The notes: generated by a model not told the origin, from the letters alone. A stretch of 64,000 nucleotides of DNA from Patescibacteria group bacterium (GCA_041665545.1 JBAYIQ010000001.1:44-64043), one strand, 5' to 3'; positions 10,205 through 20,012 are shown, counted from the first letter of the stretch. Translations and numbers: made by a program.

Positions 10205-11017
10205 ATGTCAGAATTGCTAGAGATGGGCGTTGTGGCGCCGGTAAAAAAACCAGAATCCCCAGTAGAAGATCTTGATCCCAAGATAATTGCTGGGCAAAAA
10301 GCCATTATGGGCCACGCTCATAATCTTGAGGTCAATGGTAAGGCAGACACTAGGGAATTTGTGGATTATTTTGATACTAGCGTGAGCTTGGAAGATCGTG
10401 TTCAGACGGATCTGGATGAGCTTCAAGTTGCGCCAAACAAACGTGAAGCTATTCATAAATATTTAGATCTTATCAAAGATAAACACCAAAGCTCTTATGA
10501 GCATTCTTTGCGAGTTGGTTTGATAGCGCGTCAGATCGCTAAGTTCATGGGTATTGATGAAAAAGTATTGCTTTATGCTGGTCTACTACATGATGTCGGT
10601 AAAACCATGGTGCCAGCGTCAACTTTGTTAAAAACTGAAGGTTGGACGCCAGAAGACACAGCCAATGTTCAGGCACATGTGGAAAGTGGTTATAAGTTAT
10701 TGCGTGACAAGTTTGATTTTACTGCTGAGGTAATACTCAGGCATCACCGCTTCCAAACCAGGCCCTATCCAGAAGAGTTACCAAAATCTCTTCATGAATA
10801 TAGCGAAGACACAAAGACCCTAATCAATGAGTATGGTCGGATTTTGGCCATGGCTGATGTCTATGATGCTTTGCATCGGATAAATGATAAGCATGGTGTC
10901 AAGCGGGCCTTGAACGGTGAAGAGATTCATGAGCAAATGTTGAGTTTGAATCCTGATCGCACTGAGCTGGTTGAAAAGTTATATGCGGCTGGTGTTTTCA
11001 CAACCAACATCCAATAA
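10205..11017 (+). CDS. HD-GYP-like HD domain protein
   Basis: HSLRV, LLHDVGK, HH…PYP, ADVYDAL. Confidence 0.75.
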   Translation: MSELLEMGVVAPVKKPESPVEDLDPKIIAGQKAIMGHAHNLEVNGKADTREFVDYFDTSVSLEDRVQTDLDELQVAPNKREAIHKYLDLIKDKHQSSYEHSLRVGLIARQIAKFMGIDEKVLLYAGLLHDVGKTMVPASTLLKTEGWTPEDTANVQAHVESGYKLLRDKFDFTAEVILRHHRFQTRPYPEELPKSLHEYSEDTKTLINEYGRILAMADVYDALHRINDKHGVKRALNGEEIHEQMLSLNPDRTELVEKLYAAGVFTTNIQ

Positions 11018-11035
11018 TTTTGCTATTATAAATAT

Positions 11036-11066
11036 AATGAACCTAGATTTGCAAAAAATAAATAAA
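11036..11066 (+). repeat. Exact copy of the murC 5' end (matches 12740-12770)
   Basis: aatgaacctagatttgcaaaaaataaataaa present at both sites. Confidence 0.9.
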
Positions 11067-11071
11067 AAAAT

Positions 11072-12721
11072 ATGGACAATTTACAAAATTTAAACAATCA
11101 GTCGCCACCAACTAATAATTTACCACCACTTAATATCAACACTACACCATCGGCTAATTCTATTACATCTCAGGCATCAATGCCCAAATCAAAATTGAAC
11201 CCCAAAATAATAATTATTTTAGTGGTAGTTTTTTTACTTTTAGGTGGCCTGGCTTATGCTTGGTTTTTTACTGGCCTAAAAGATAGTATTCCTTTTTTAA
11301 ATTCAAAAAAAGTTACTAATAATATCAATATAGGCGATAGTAATAATGCTAGTTCGACTGATGTATTAATGGTAGATTATACAAAAAAAGAAGAGCAGAA
11401 AGTATTATTGACTTGTTATATGTATTATCATCCAGAAGCTTCTCAGTATTTTCCGGATGGTTCTATTTTTGGATCGGCTACAACTAATTCTCTACAGGAA
11501 AATAATGGTTCTACAACGATTCTTAAAACGGAATCAGATGATAAGTCTTTTTTTGCAGTTGGTTCATCTCCAGAGGGTGATGAAATGATGTCGAATCTTT
11601 GTGGTGTTTATAATCAGGATGCTTATGATTTTATGTTAAATATGTTGAAAACTGACGTTGATCAAGATGGTTTGAATGTATATATGGAAGATCAGTATCA
11701 TACTAGCGATAATAATGTGGATACAGATGGCGATGGTTACTCAGATTTAACAGAGATATTGACTAATCACGACCCTAATAATTTATGGACCTTAGAACAG
11801 AATGCTAAAAATGATAGACTTGAAGCCATATTTGCTCAGCCAAACTTTAATGTTGCAGAGGCTGTAGCTATTTGCAAAACAATGGGTGATAATAACGCGA
11901 TAGATGTGTGCTTGGAATCAATAAGCCGACACCCGGGCTTTAGTGAACCAAATTATTGTGATACAGTTGGTTTCTCAGCTGGTTCAATATATAAAGACTG
12001 GTGCTACGATGATATTTTGTTTAATAGTGGTAAGGCCGAAGATTGTATTAAAATAGATAATTCAACTACAGATTTTTGCTTAGCTCAGTATGTGGAAAAA
12101 GAAAAAAGTTTAAGGCCATGCATGTTACTTGGGCAGGATGAAATTTCTATGTGTATTAATCCTACTTTTAAATACTTGGATGAAAAATCCGACTGCGACG
12201 AATATAAAGACAAGATGTCTTCTGACGATTATAACACTTGCCTTTGGTTTATAGCTTTTAACACCAAAGATCCTAAGGTATGTGAATCTTCAGAATCAAA
12301 CAAAGTACTTACTTGTGTAAATAATTTGGCCTATGAATTACTAGATCCAAATATTTGCGAATACTATAACCCTTACCCAGATTATTTGAAAAAAGAATGT
12401 ATTGCCAATACACCAGACGGTAGACACTTAGACACAGAAAGTGGTTATTTGACACTTTGCAAGAGTTATTCAGGAGACTATACGCTAGATAGAAATAAAA
12501 AAAGTGATTGTTACGCCGAGTTAGCTAAGATTTATAATAAATCGGAATATTGTAAAGAAGCGGCTAATATTACAAAAATAGATAATGCTCATTTATATCA
12601 ATGGTCATTAGACACGTGTTATTATAATTTAATCAAAGAAAAATCCAGAACAGATTTGTGTAAAGTAGTTATTTCAAAAGATGTTTTGAATAATCCAGAA
12701 TATCAAACTATCTGTAAATAA
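11072..12721 (+). CDS. Membrane-anchored Cys-rich surface protein with DxDxDG calcium-binding-like motifs
   Basis: TM near the N-terminus, DVDQDG and DTDGDG motifs, many paired Cys repeats. Confidence 0.75.
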   Translation: MDNLQNLNNQSPPTNNLPPLNINTTPSANSITSQASMPKSKLNPKIIIILVVVFLLLGGLAYAWFFTGLKDSIPFLNSKKVTNNINIGDSNNASSTDVLMVDYTKKEEQKVLLTCYMYYHPEASQYFPDGSIFGSATTNSLQENNGSTTILKTESDDKSFFAVGSSPEGDEMMSNLCGVYNQDAYDFMLNMLKTDVDQDGLNVYMEDQYHTSDNNVDTDGDGYSDLTEILTNHDPNNLWTLEQNAKNDRLEAIFAQPNFNVAEAVAICKTMGDNNAIDVCLESISRHPGFSEPNYCDTVGFSAGSIYKDWCYDDILFNSGKAEDCIKIDNSTTDFCLAQYVEKEKSLRPCMLLGQDEISMCINPTFKYLDEKSDCDEYKDKMSSDDYNTCLWFIAFNTKDPKVCESSESNKVLTCVNNLAYELLDPNICEYYNPYPDYLKKECIANTPDGRHLDTESGYLTLCKSYSGDYTLDRNKKSDCYAELAKIYNKSEYCKEAANITKIDNAHLYQWSLDTCYYNLIKEKSRTDLCKVVISKDVLNNPEYQTICK

Positions 12722-12740
12722 TTAGATTTATTTTTAAACA

Positions 12741-14108
12741 ATGAACCTAGATTTGCAAAAAATAAATAAAGTATATTTATCAGGCATTGGTGGCATTGGG
12801 CTGTCGGCTTTGGCTTATTATTTTTTGCAGGCCGAAAAAAAAGTTATTGGCTCAGATATTGTAAAATCTGAAGTGACCAAGAGATTGGAAGCCAAAGATG
12901 TTTTGATCAACTACAAACAAAAAACAAGCAACATCACCAAAGATATTGATTTGTTTTTGTACACTTCAGCTTTGCCAAGCGACCATCCCGAGTTTGTCAA
13001 AGCCCGTCGCTTGAAAATTCCCGTGCTTAGCTATTTTGAATTTTTGGGTTTTTTGAGCAAACAGCACAAAACAATAGCTATAGCCGGCACCAATGGCAAA
13101 ACCACAAGCACAGCCATGCTGGGTTTGATTATGGAAAAAGCTGGATTGGACCCCACAGTCATAGTCGGTAGTCTAGTCCCCCAGTGGGGGAGTAACTTTC
13201 GCTTTGGTAAGAGTGAGTGGTTGATAGTTGAGGCCTGCGAGTGGCAAGCGCATATGCTGGAGATCAACCCCCAGATAATTGTTTTAACTAATGTGGCTGA
13301 GGATCACATGGATTATTTCAAAGATTTGGCTGATATCAAAAAACATTTTCAGCAATTTGTAAATAAATTACCCGAGACTGGAGTGTTGTTCAAAAATATT
13401 GATGACAAGAATAGTAGTAAAATAAATTTTGGCGGGCAGACTGTAAATTTTGGTCAAGCTCCAAGTAATCAATATTGTTTTTCTAAGCCGACGATAAAAA
13501 AGGGCGAACAAACTTTTGCTGTAAAAAAGAAAAACAAAAAATGGGCCGAGTTCAATTTAGTAATTCCCGGTTTGTACAATGTATACAATGCTTTAGCCGC
13601 CATTGCCGTGGCTGATAATATTGGCATCAATCAGCACCAGATTTGGAATGCCCTGCACGAATTCAATAGCACTTGGCGTCGATTTGAGCGCGTGGGCTTA
13701 TGGAAAAATAATATTGTGATTTCTGATTATGCTCATCATCCAGATGCTATTAAAGGGTTGCTACAAGCTACCAAAGATTTTTATCCTGACAAAAAAGTAA
13801 TTGCTATTTTTCAACCCCATCATCACAATCGCACCAAAACATTACTTAAGCAATTTGCGGCCAGTTTTACACAGGCGGATTATGTTTTGATTTCTGACAT
13901 TTATCAAGTACGCGGTCGGGAAGACAAAATGCACGATCAAGTATCAAGTGCTGATATAATCAACCTGATGCAACATGAAAGAAAATATTATTGTCCCAAG
14001 TTTTCTGATGTTAAGCAGACTTTAAGAAATATCAATCCAACGGATTCAATTTTATTGTTTATTGGTGCTGGGGATATTGATGATTTGGCTAGGGAATTGG
14101 TAAGGTAA
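12741..14108 (+). CDS. murC: UDP-N-acetylmuramate--L-alanine ligase
   Basis: GIGGIGLS, GTNGKTT, DYAHHP, GAGDI. Confidence 0.95.
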   Translation: MNLDLQKINKVYLSGIGGIGLSALAYYFLQAEKKVIGSDIVKSEVTKRLEAKDVLINYKQKTSNITKDIDLFLYTSALPSDHPEFVKARRLKIPVLSYFEFLGFLSKQHKTIAIAGTNGKTTSTAMLGLIMEKAGLDPTVIVGSLVPQWGSNFRFGKSEWLIVEACEWQAHMLEINPQIIVLTNVAEDHMDYFKDLADIKKHFQQFVNKLPETGVLFKNIDDKNSSKINFGGQTVNFGQAPSNQYCFSKPTIKKGEQTFAVKKKNKKWAEFNLVIPGLYNVYNALAAIAVADNIGINQHQIWNALHEFNSTWRRFERVGLWKNNIVISDYAHHPDAIKGLLQATKDFYPDKKVIAIFQPHHHNRTKTLLKQFAASFTQADYVLISDIYQVRGREDKMHDQVSSADIINLMQHERKYYCPKFSDVKQTLRNINPTDSILLFIGAGDIDDLARELVR

Positions 14109-14136
14109 TTCTTTTGGGTAAGTATTTCATCTTTTC

Positions 14137-14182
14137 TTCGAGCGAGCGTAGCGAGTCGAGAAGTTCTCGACTACGCTCGAAC
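14137..14182. repeat. REP-like palindromic element
   Basis: ttcgagcg…agtcgagaagttctcgactacgctcgaa; shares cgctcgaacaaa with 34143. Confidence 0.7.
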
Positions 14183-14211
14183 AAATATCAAAAAAATGTC
14201 AGTATAAAATT

Positions 14212-14808
14212 ATGACCAAGTATATTGTAAATTCAGGTGGATCTTTAAATAATCCCCAAGGAGAAAAGTTGTCTATTGAGGAGACTTTAAAAGGCCTGGG
14301 AGAAAAACCAAATGTTTTGTTTTGTTTTTTTGCTCAAAAGAGAGAAGATTGGGAAACAGATTTTAAAGTTAGGGTTGTTGGATTTGAAGAATTGATGCCT
14401 GATAATGTAAAACCTCATTTTGAATTAGCCTTTCCAGAAAAATTTGTAGAACAAATTAACCAAGCAGATGCTGTAGTAATTTTTGGTGGAGATGATCATT
14501 TGGTTCAATACTGGTTAAAGCAATTTGATATCCCTAATATTTGGGATGGCAAAGTGGTATCGATCAGGTCAGCATCTTCGAATGCCTTGGCCAAATATTT
14601 TTGGACTTGTGACTGGCGAAAATGTATGGATGGTTTGGGAATTTTAGCTATCAAACTTATCCCTCACTACAAATCAAATTACGGTATCGATGATCCTAGG
14701 GGAGCAGTTGATTGGGATGAAGCTTATAAAGAGTTGGCAGAGTATGGGGATAAGAATATGGTAATTCATGCTTTAAAAGAAGGTGAATTTATAGTGATTG
14801 AACAATAA
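14212..14808 (+). CDS. Peptidase E (S51)/class I glutamine amidotransferase-like protein
   Basis: IFGGD, SASS and PHY pattern. Confidence 0.65.
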   Translation: MTKYIVNSGGSLNNPQGEKLSIEETLKGLGEKPNVLFCFFAQKREDWETDFKVRVVGFEELMPDNVKPHFELAFPEKFVEQINQADAVVIFGGDDHLVQYWLKQFDIPNIWDGKVVSIRSASSNALAKYFWTCDWRKCMDGLGILAIKLIPHYKSNYGIDDPRGAVDWDEAYKELAEYGDKNMVIHALKEGEFIVIEQ

Positions 14809-14816
14809 TAAACAAC

Positions 14817-15737
14817 ATGGAAATAAAACAAAATATATTACTAAAAGATTACACCACTTTCAAAATTGGCGGGCCAGCTGATTATTTTTGTCTAGCCAAA
14901 AGCCAAGAAGATGTGCAGGAAGCCATTGATTTTGCTAAAGAAAAAAATTTAGCAATTTTGGTTTTAGGCGGTGGCAGTAATTTATTGATTACCGATGCTG
15001 GCTTTAGGGGTTTGGTCATCAAGCTAGATTTGCAAAAATTAGAATATCACGACGATGAAGTCATTGTTGGCGCTGGTGTTTTGGTGGCTTATTTATTAAA
15101 CAAATCTCTAGAGCAGGGTTTGACTGGTTTGGAATTTACAGCTGGCATACCAGGCACAGTGGGTGGTGCTATCCGTGGCAATGCCGGCACTTATGGCTTG
15201 GCCATGTCTAATGTGATCGAAACAATCACTTATTTTGATGAAAATTATCAAGTCAAAGTTTGTCAGGCAGAAGAGTGCCACTTTGCCTATCGCCATAGCA
15301 TTTTCAAAGAAATAAAAGCCATTATTATAGAAGCCAAGTTAAAATTGGAAAAAGGGGATTTAGGTGAAGCTCAAAAGTTAGTAGCCGAAAGATTAAAGTA
15401 TCGTCAAGATACTCAGCCCAATGAGCCCTCAGCTGGCTGTATTTTCAAAAATGTGGAGTTTAAAACAGTGGATATAGAGGATTTAAAGAAGCGCGGCTTG
15501 GACACTGACCAATTTGCCAAGCACCAAAAGATTCCCACAGCTTATATAATAGAAAGGGCTGGCTTAAAAGGTCATACTATTGGTGGAGTCAAAGTTTCGG
15601 AAAAGCACGCTAATTATATTATTAACACAAACAAGGCCACAGCCGAGCAGGTGATCATGTTAATAAGCTTTATCAAACAGCAAATTCGGGATAAATATGG
15701 CATCCAGCTTCAGGAAGAGGTTCAGTTTATTGGCTAA
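14817..15737 (+). CDS. murB: UDP-N-acetylenolpyruvoylglucosamine reductase
   Basis: TFKIGGPA, GGGSN, GIPGTVGG, SAGCIFKN, HANY. Confidence 0.95.
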   Translation: MEIKQNILLKDYTTFKIGGPADYFCLAKSQEDVQEAIDFAKEKNLAILVLGGGSNLLITDAGFRGLVIKLDLQKLEYHDDEVIVGAGVLVAYLLNKSLEQGLTGLEFTAGIPGTVGGAIRGNAGTYGLAMSNVIETITYFDENYQVKVCQAEECHFAYRHSIFKEIKAIIIEAKLKLEKGDLGEAQKLVAERLKYRQDTQPNEPSAGCIFKNVEFKTVDIEDLKKRGLDTDQFAKHQKIPTAYIIERAGLKGHTIGGVKVSEKHANYIINTNKATAEQVIMLISFIKQQIRDKYGIQLQEEVQFIG

Positions 15738-15804
15738 TATTAGCTAAAATATTGGCACAAATAAGATTCTAGCTTGCTTTTTATCTTATTTTTGGCTATT
15801 ATTA

Positions 15805-15832
15805 TTGACAATTTGAAAAAAATCTGTATAAT
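15805..15832 (+). promoter_or_regulatory. sigma70 promoter for the infA-rpoA operon
   Basis: TTGACA-16-TATAAT. Confidence 0.7.
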
Positions 15833-15929
15833 ATAGAGGCATTAATTAAAGTAATTATTAACATAAGTTCTAATCTTAGAGAAAACATCACCTTGCCTAT
15901 CAAGGTAAGGATATTTTCTTATTTATTAA

Positions 15930-16160
15930 ATGTCAGAAGCTAGAGTAAGTAAAAAAGGTTTTTTAGAAGTTGTCGGGGAGGTGAACGAATTACTGCCTAA
16001 TACTAATTTTCGAGTCACCCTAGAAAATGGCCACGAAATATTGGCTCATCTTTCTGGAAAAATGCGAATGTTTAAAATCAAGATTTTGCCCGGTGACAAA
16101 GTGGTGGTGGAGATGAGCCCTTATGATTTGAGCAAGGGTCGCATCATTTATCGCAATTAA
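15930..16160 (+). CDS. infA: Translation initiation factor IF-1
   Basis: [24 protein letters not shown]. Confidence 0.97.
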   Translation: MSEARVSKKGFLEVVGEVNELLPNTNFRVTLENGHEILAHLSGKMRMFKIKILPGDKVVVEMSPYDLSKGRIIYRN

Positions 16161-16212
16161 TTTAGTAATCATTTAGTTGTTCAAATAATTTATTAAATAA
16201 ATTTCTAACGAG

Positions 16213-16326
16213 ATGAAGGTCCGCGCCTCAGTAAAAAAAATTTGTAAAGATTGCAAAGTTATCCGCCGTGAAGGTCGGCTAGTTTGCATTTGTAAAAACC
16301 CCAAGCACAAACAAAGACAGGGCTAA
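16213..16326 (+). CDS. rpmJ: 50S ribosomal protein L36 (not in the ORF track)
   Basis: [37 protein letters not shown]. Confidence 0.97.
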   Translation: MKVRASVKKICKDCKVIRREGRLVCICKNPKHKQRQG

Positions 16327-16350
16327 ATTAACAATTATTAATTCATAAAG

Positions 16351-16740
16351 ATGGCAAGAATTTCAGGAGTCAATCTTCCAAACGAAAAAAGAGTAGAGAT
16401 CGCTTTAACCTCCGTTTACGGCCTTGGTTTGAGTTCCTCTAACAAAATATTAAAACAGCTCAAAATTGATCCTAATATTCGGGTAAAGAATTTGTCCGAA
16501 GAGCAGGTCAATACTTTGAGACAGGTTATTGAAAAAGATTTTCGTGTCGAAGGAGAATTGCGTCGCGAAAGAATGACCAACATCAAGCGTTTGAAAGAAA
16601 TCAAATGTTACCGTGGCACTAGGCACACCAAAGGTTTGCCAGTACATGGGCAACGCACCAAAACCAATAGTCGCTCGGTTCGTGGAAACAAACGTGTGAC
16701 CATGGGTAGTGGTCGTGTCTCAGCCGCTCAAAAGACATAA
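16351..16740 (+). CDS. rpsM: 30S ribosomal protein S13
   Basis: MARISGV…[12 protein letters not shown]. Confidence 0.97.
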   Translation: MARISGVNLPNEKRVEIALTSVYGLGLSSSNKILKQLKIDPNIRVKNLSEEQVNTLRQVIEKDFRVEGELRRERMTNIKRLKEIKCYRGTRHTKGLPVHGQRTKTNSRSVRGNKRVTMGSGRVSAAQKT

Positions 16741-16743
16741 AAC

Positions 16744-16836
16744 GAGTAAAAAGTTTAAAGTACAAAGTGGAAAGCTTTAAAAAATAACGTTCGTCACTTT
16801 ATACCTTAAACTTGTAACTTTATACTAATATTTATG
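16744..16836 (+). repeat. Heptamer-periodic inverted-repeat intergenic element, copy 1
   Basis: Near-identical to 17219-17310. Confidence 0.85.
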
Positions 16837-17217
16837 AAAGCTGTAAAATCTAGAAAAAAAGTTAAGAAAGTTGTAAAAAAAGGCCAGGCCCACATCCAGG
16901 CCACTTACAATAATACCATTATCACCCTGACTGATCAGCAAGGCAATGTCTTGGCTTGGTCTTCGGCTGGTGTCAATGGCTTCAAGGGCGCCAAAAAATC
17001 TACGCCTTATGCCGCTGGTATTATTGTCAGAAATGCCGTAGAAAAAACCAAAGATTTTGGTTTGACCGATGTTGAGGTTTTTGTCAAAGGTGTTGGCGCT
17101 GGTCGTGAAGCGGCTATCCGCTCATTACACAGCAGTGGTATCAATGTTTCCTCAATCAAAGATATGACGCCAATTCCACATAATGGTTGTCGTCCTAAGA
17201 AACCAAGAAGAGTCTAA
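16834..17217 (+). CDS. rpsK: 30S ribosomal protein S11
   Basis: [26 protein letters not shown]. Confidence 0.97.
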   Translation: MKAVKSRKKVKKVVKKGQAHIQATYNNTIITLTDQQGNVLAWSSAGVNGFKGAKKSTPYAAGIIVRNAVEKTKDFGLTDVEVFVKGVGAGREAAIRSLHSSGINVSSIKDMTPIPHNGCRPKKPRRV

Positions 17218-17218
17218 T

Positions 17219-17310
17219 GAGTAAAAAGTAGAAAGCATAAAGTAGAAAGCTTTAAAAAGCACGTTCGTCACTTTATACTTTATACTTGTAACTTTATACT
17301 AATATTTATG
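17219..17310 (+). repeat. Heptamer-periodic inverted-repeat intergenic element, copy 2
   Basis: Near-identical to 16744-16836. Confidence 0.85.
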
Positions 17311-17922
17311 GGAAGAAATTTAAAACCGAGACATAAAGCTAGCCGTCGCTTTGGTGAAAATGTGGCCGAGACTCAAAAATCTCCGCTAGCCAAGAGGAAT
17401 TATCCTAGTGGCGTACACGGACCAAAGAAGTCATTCAAAAAGGTCAGCGAATACGGCAAGCAATTAATGGAAAAGCAAAAAGCCAAAGCCATTTATGGTT
17501 TGTTGGAAAAACAATTTGCCTTGACTTTTGGTCGCGCCCAAAAAATGACTGGTGACGTCAACGAGAATTTGTTGATTTTGTTGGAAAGTCGTTTGGATAA
17601 TGTGGTTTTTCGCGGAGGACTAGCGCCAACTAGACGTTTGGCTAGGCAATTAGTCACTCACGGCCATTTTACTATTGGCACTGGCAAAGTAAATATCCCT
17701 TCTTATACAGTCAAGCCAGGTGAAATAATCAAAGTCAAGGAAAATAAGGCCAAAAAAGGTTATTGGTTGGCCTTAGCCGAAAAGATTGAAAAAACCGAGC
17801 CAGCCGGTTGGCTTTCACTAGACAAGAAAAATTTGGCTTTGACTGTCAACAGCCGACCAAACCAAAACGATTTGCCTAAGAATATCACCACCAGCTTGAT
17901 CGTTGATTTTTATTCACGTTAA
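17308..17922 (+). CDS. rpsD: 30S ribosomal protein S4
   Basis: SEYGKQL.EKQK, LESRLDNVVFR, ARQLVTHGH. Confidence 0.97.
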   Translation: MGRNLKPRHKASRRFGENVAETQKSPLAKRNYPSGVHGPKKSFKKVSEYGKQLMEKQKAKAIYGLLEKQFALTFGRAQKMTGDVNENLLILLESRLDNVVFRGGLAPTRRLARQLVTHGHFTIGTGKVNIPSYTVKPGEIIKVKENKAKKGYWLALAEKIEKTEPAGWLSLDKKNLALTVNSRPNQNDLPKNITTSLIVDFYSR

Positions 17923-17962
17923 TAAACTATTAATTTTAAAATAAAAATTTAATTATAAAACA

Positions 17963-18739
17963 ATGAATAAGATTAGCTTACCAGAAAAAATTAGCGTCAT
18001 TGACCAAAAGAATAATCATTACCAAGTGATTATTGAGCCTTGCTCTCCTGGCTATGGTGTTACTATTGGCAATGCCTTGCGTCGCGTAATGCTATCTTCG
18101 TTGCCCGGGGCAGCGGTTACTTCTTTCAAAATTGAGGGTGTTCAACACGAGTTTGATACCGTTAGTCACGTCAAAGAAGATTTGGTGGAAATAATGTTGA
18201 ATTTGAAAAAATTAAGACTGAAACTATTCAGTGATGAACCAGTTATATTAAATATTGAAGCTAAGGGTGAAAAAGTTGTCACTGCCAAAGACATCAAAAA
18301 AGATTCCAATGTGGAAATAATGAATGAAGATCTATTGATTGCCACCATGACCGATAAGCAAGCCAAGCTAAATATGGAAATTACGGTCGAACGTGGCTTG
18401 GGCTATGTGGCTGTCGAACAAAGAGATGAAAAAATTAAATTGCCAATCGGTAGCATTGCTATTGATTCCAATTTTTCACCAGCTTTGAATGTTGGCTTTA
18501 ATATTGAATTTGTACGGGTTGGTGAAATGACCAACTACGAAAAATTAATAATGGATGTTTTGACTGACGGCACAATTGATGCGCGCGGGGCTGTTTCTCA
18601 GGCGTCTATAATTTTGCGTGATAATTTTAGCTTTTTGGTAGCCGAAGAAGCTACCCCAGAAGCAGCTGACGAAGCCGAGGAAACAAAGCCGGAACCAGCC
18701 AAGAAAAAAGTTATTAAAAAAAAGAGTAAAAAAGAGTAA
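17963..18739 (+). CDS. rpoA: RNA polymerase alpha subunit (NTD only)
   Basis: PGYGVTIGNALRR, HEF, VGEMTNYEKL; operon position. Confidence 0.95.
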   Translation: MNKISLPEKISVIDQKNNHYQVIIEPCSPGYGVTIGNALRRVMLSSLPGAAVTSFKIEGVQHEFDTVSHVKEDLVEIMLNLKKLRLKLFSDEPVILNIEAKGEKVVTAKDIKKDSNVEIMNEDLLIATMTDKQAKLNMEITVERGLGYVAVEQRDEKIKLPIGSIAIDSNFSPALNVGFNIEFVRVGEMTNYEKLIMDVLTDGTIDARGAVSQASIILRDNFSFLVAEEATPEAADEAEETKPEPAKKKVIKKKSKKE

Positions 18740-18751
18740 ATAATCAATACC

Positions 18752-19102
18752 ATGAGGCACCGAAAGAATATAACTAAATTGAGCAGAACCTCTGATGTGC
18801 GCCGAGCACTTTTGGAAAACTTGGCCACGTCAATTATTTTGTATGAAAAAATTGTTACCACTGAAGCCAAAGCCAAAGCACTCCGGCCTTTTGTGGAGCG
18901 CTTGATAACTAGAGGCAAAGTCAAGTCAATACATAATAAGCAAATTTTGAGTGGTATTTTGCCAGACAAAAAAGCCGTCCAAAAAGTATTGGATGTTTTG
19001 GGTCCTAGATACAAGGATCGCAAAGGCGGATATTGCCGAATTATTAAAATTTCACCGCGAGTGGGAGATGGCGCTTTGCTCGCTCAGATTGAATTAGTAT
19101 AA
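18752..19102 (+). CDS. rplQ: 50S ribosomal protein L17
   Basis: MRHR, TTEAKAK, R.GGY.RI. Confidence 0.97.
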   Translation: MRHRKNITKLSRTSDVRRALLENLATSIILYEKIVTTEAKAKALRPFVERLITRGKVKSIHNKQILSGILPDKKAVQKVLDVLGPRYKDRKGGYCRIIKISPRVGDGALLAQIELV

Positions 19103-19106
19103 AAAT

Positions 19107-19454
19107 ATGGAAAGAAAAGTTCACAACATTGATGCTACAGGAAAAATAGCTGGACGCTTGGCTTCTCAGGTAGCGATACTACTCATGGGTAAGCACAAGA
19201 TAAATTATGCTGCCAACACAGAGTGCGGTGATATTGTTGAAATCAGCAACATCAGCGGTATTAAATTTACCGGCAATAAACTAGATAGCAAACTTTATTA
19301 TCGTCACAGTCAATATCCTGGTAATTTGAAAACCACCAAGTTGAAAGACATGATGGCTAAAAATCCAGAAAAAGCTTTTATCCAGATATTGCACAATATG
19401 TTGCCAAAAAACAGATTAAGACCCAGGATGCTTAAGCGCTTAATTATCAAATAA
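19107..19454 (+). CDS. rplM: 50S ribosomal protein L13 (short form)
   Basis: IDA.GK..GRLAS, YYRHS.YPG, MLPKNRL. Confidence 0.95.
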   Translation: MERKVHNIDATGKIAGRLASQVAILLMGKHKINYAANTECGDIVEISNISGIKFTGNKLDSKLYYRHSQYPGNLKTTKLKDMMAKNPEKAFIQILHNMLPKNRLRPRMLKRLIIK

Positions 19455-19458
19455 TACT

Positions 19459-19872
19459 ATGTCAGAAGAAATCAAGTCCAAGTCAATAACCTTTGCCGTT
19501 GGTAGAAGAAAATCAGCTATTGCTAGAGTTAGGATTATGTCTGAAAAAAGCAGTGGTATTAGTATCACCATCAATGACAAAGACTACAAACTCTATCTAC
19601 CATATTTTGAGTGGCAACAAGATTTATTGGCACCGCTAAAAATCACTGGTCAAGATAAAATTGTTATCTCGGTCCGCGTCAAAGGAGGCGGTATCAAGGG
19701 GCAAGTTGACGCTATAGTAAATGGCCTAGCCAAAGCTTTACTAAAAATTGATGAAAATTTCCGCGCGGCTTTGAGAAAAGAAGGACTCCTTACCCGCGAT
19801 TCTCGTATCAAGGAACGAAAGAAACCGGGTCTCAAAAAAGCCCGCCGCGCCCCGCAATGGAGCAAACGCTAG
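19459..19872 (+). CDS. rpsI: 30S ribosomal protein S9
   Basis: GRRKSAIARV, ERKKPGLKKARRAPQWSKR. Confidence 0.97.
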   Translation: MSEEIKSKSITFAVGRRKSAIARVRIMSEKSSGISITINDKDYKLYLPYFEWQQDLLAPLKITGQDKIVISVRVKGGGIKGQVDAIVNGLAKALLKIDENFRAALRKEGLLTRDSRIKERKKPGLKKARRAPQWSKR

Positions 19873-19934
19873 TTTGCGACATGTTGAGCAAGGTCGAAAG
19901 ATGGAGCAAACGTTAAAAATTATTTTTATATACT

Positions 19935-19964
19935 CAAAAACCCCTATAAAATACGGGGTTTTTG
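19935..19964 (+). terminator. Intrinsic terminator after rpsI
   Basis: caaaaacccc…ggggtttttg followed by a T tract. Confidence 0.75.
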
Positions 19965-20012
19965 CTTTTTTTAGCTATTTTCAAAGACCTTTTCTTTTGT
20001 TATAATTAGCCC

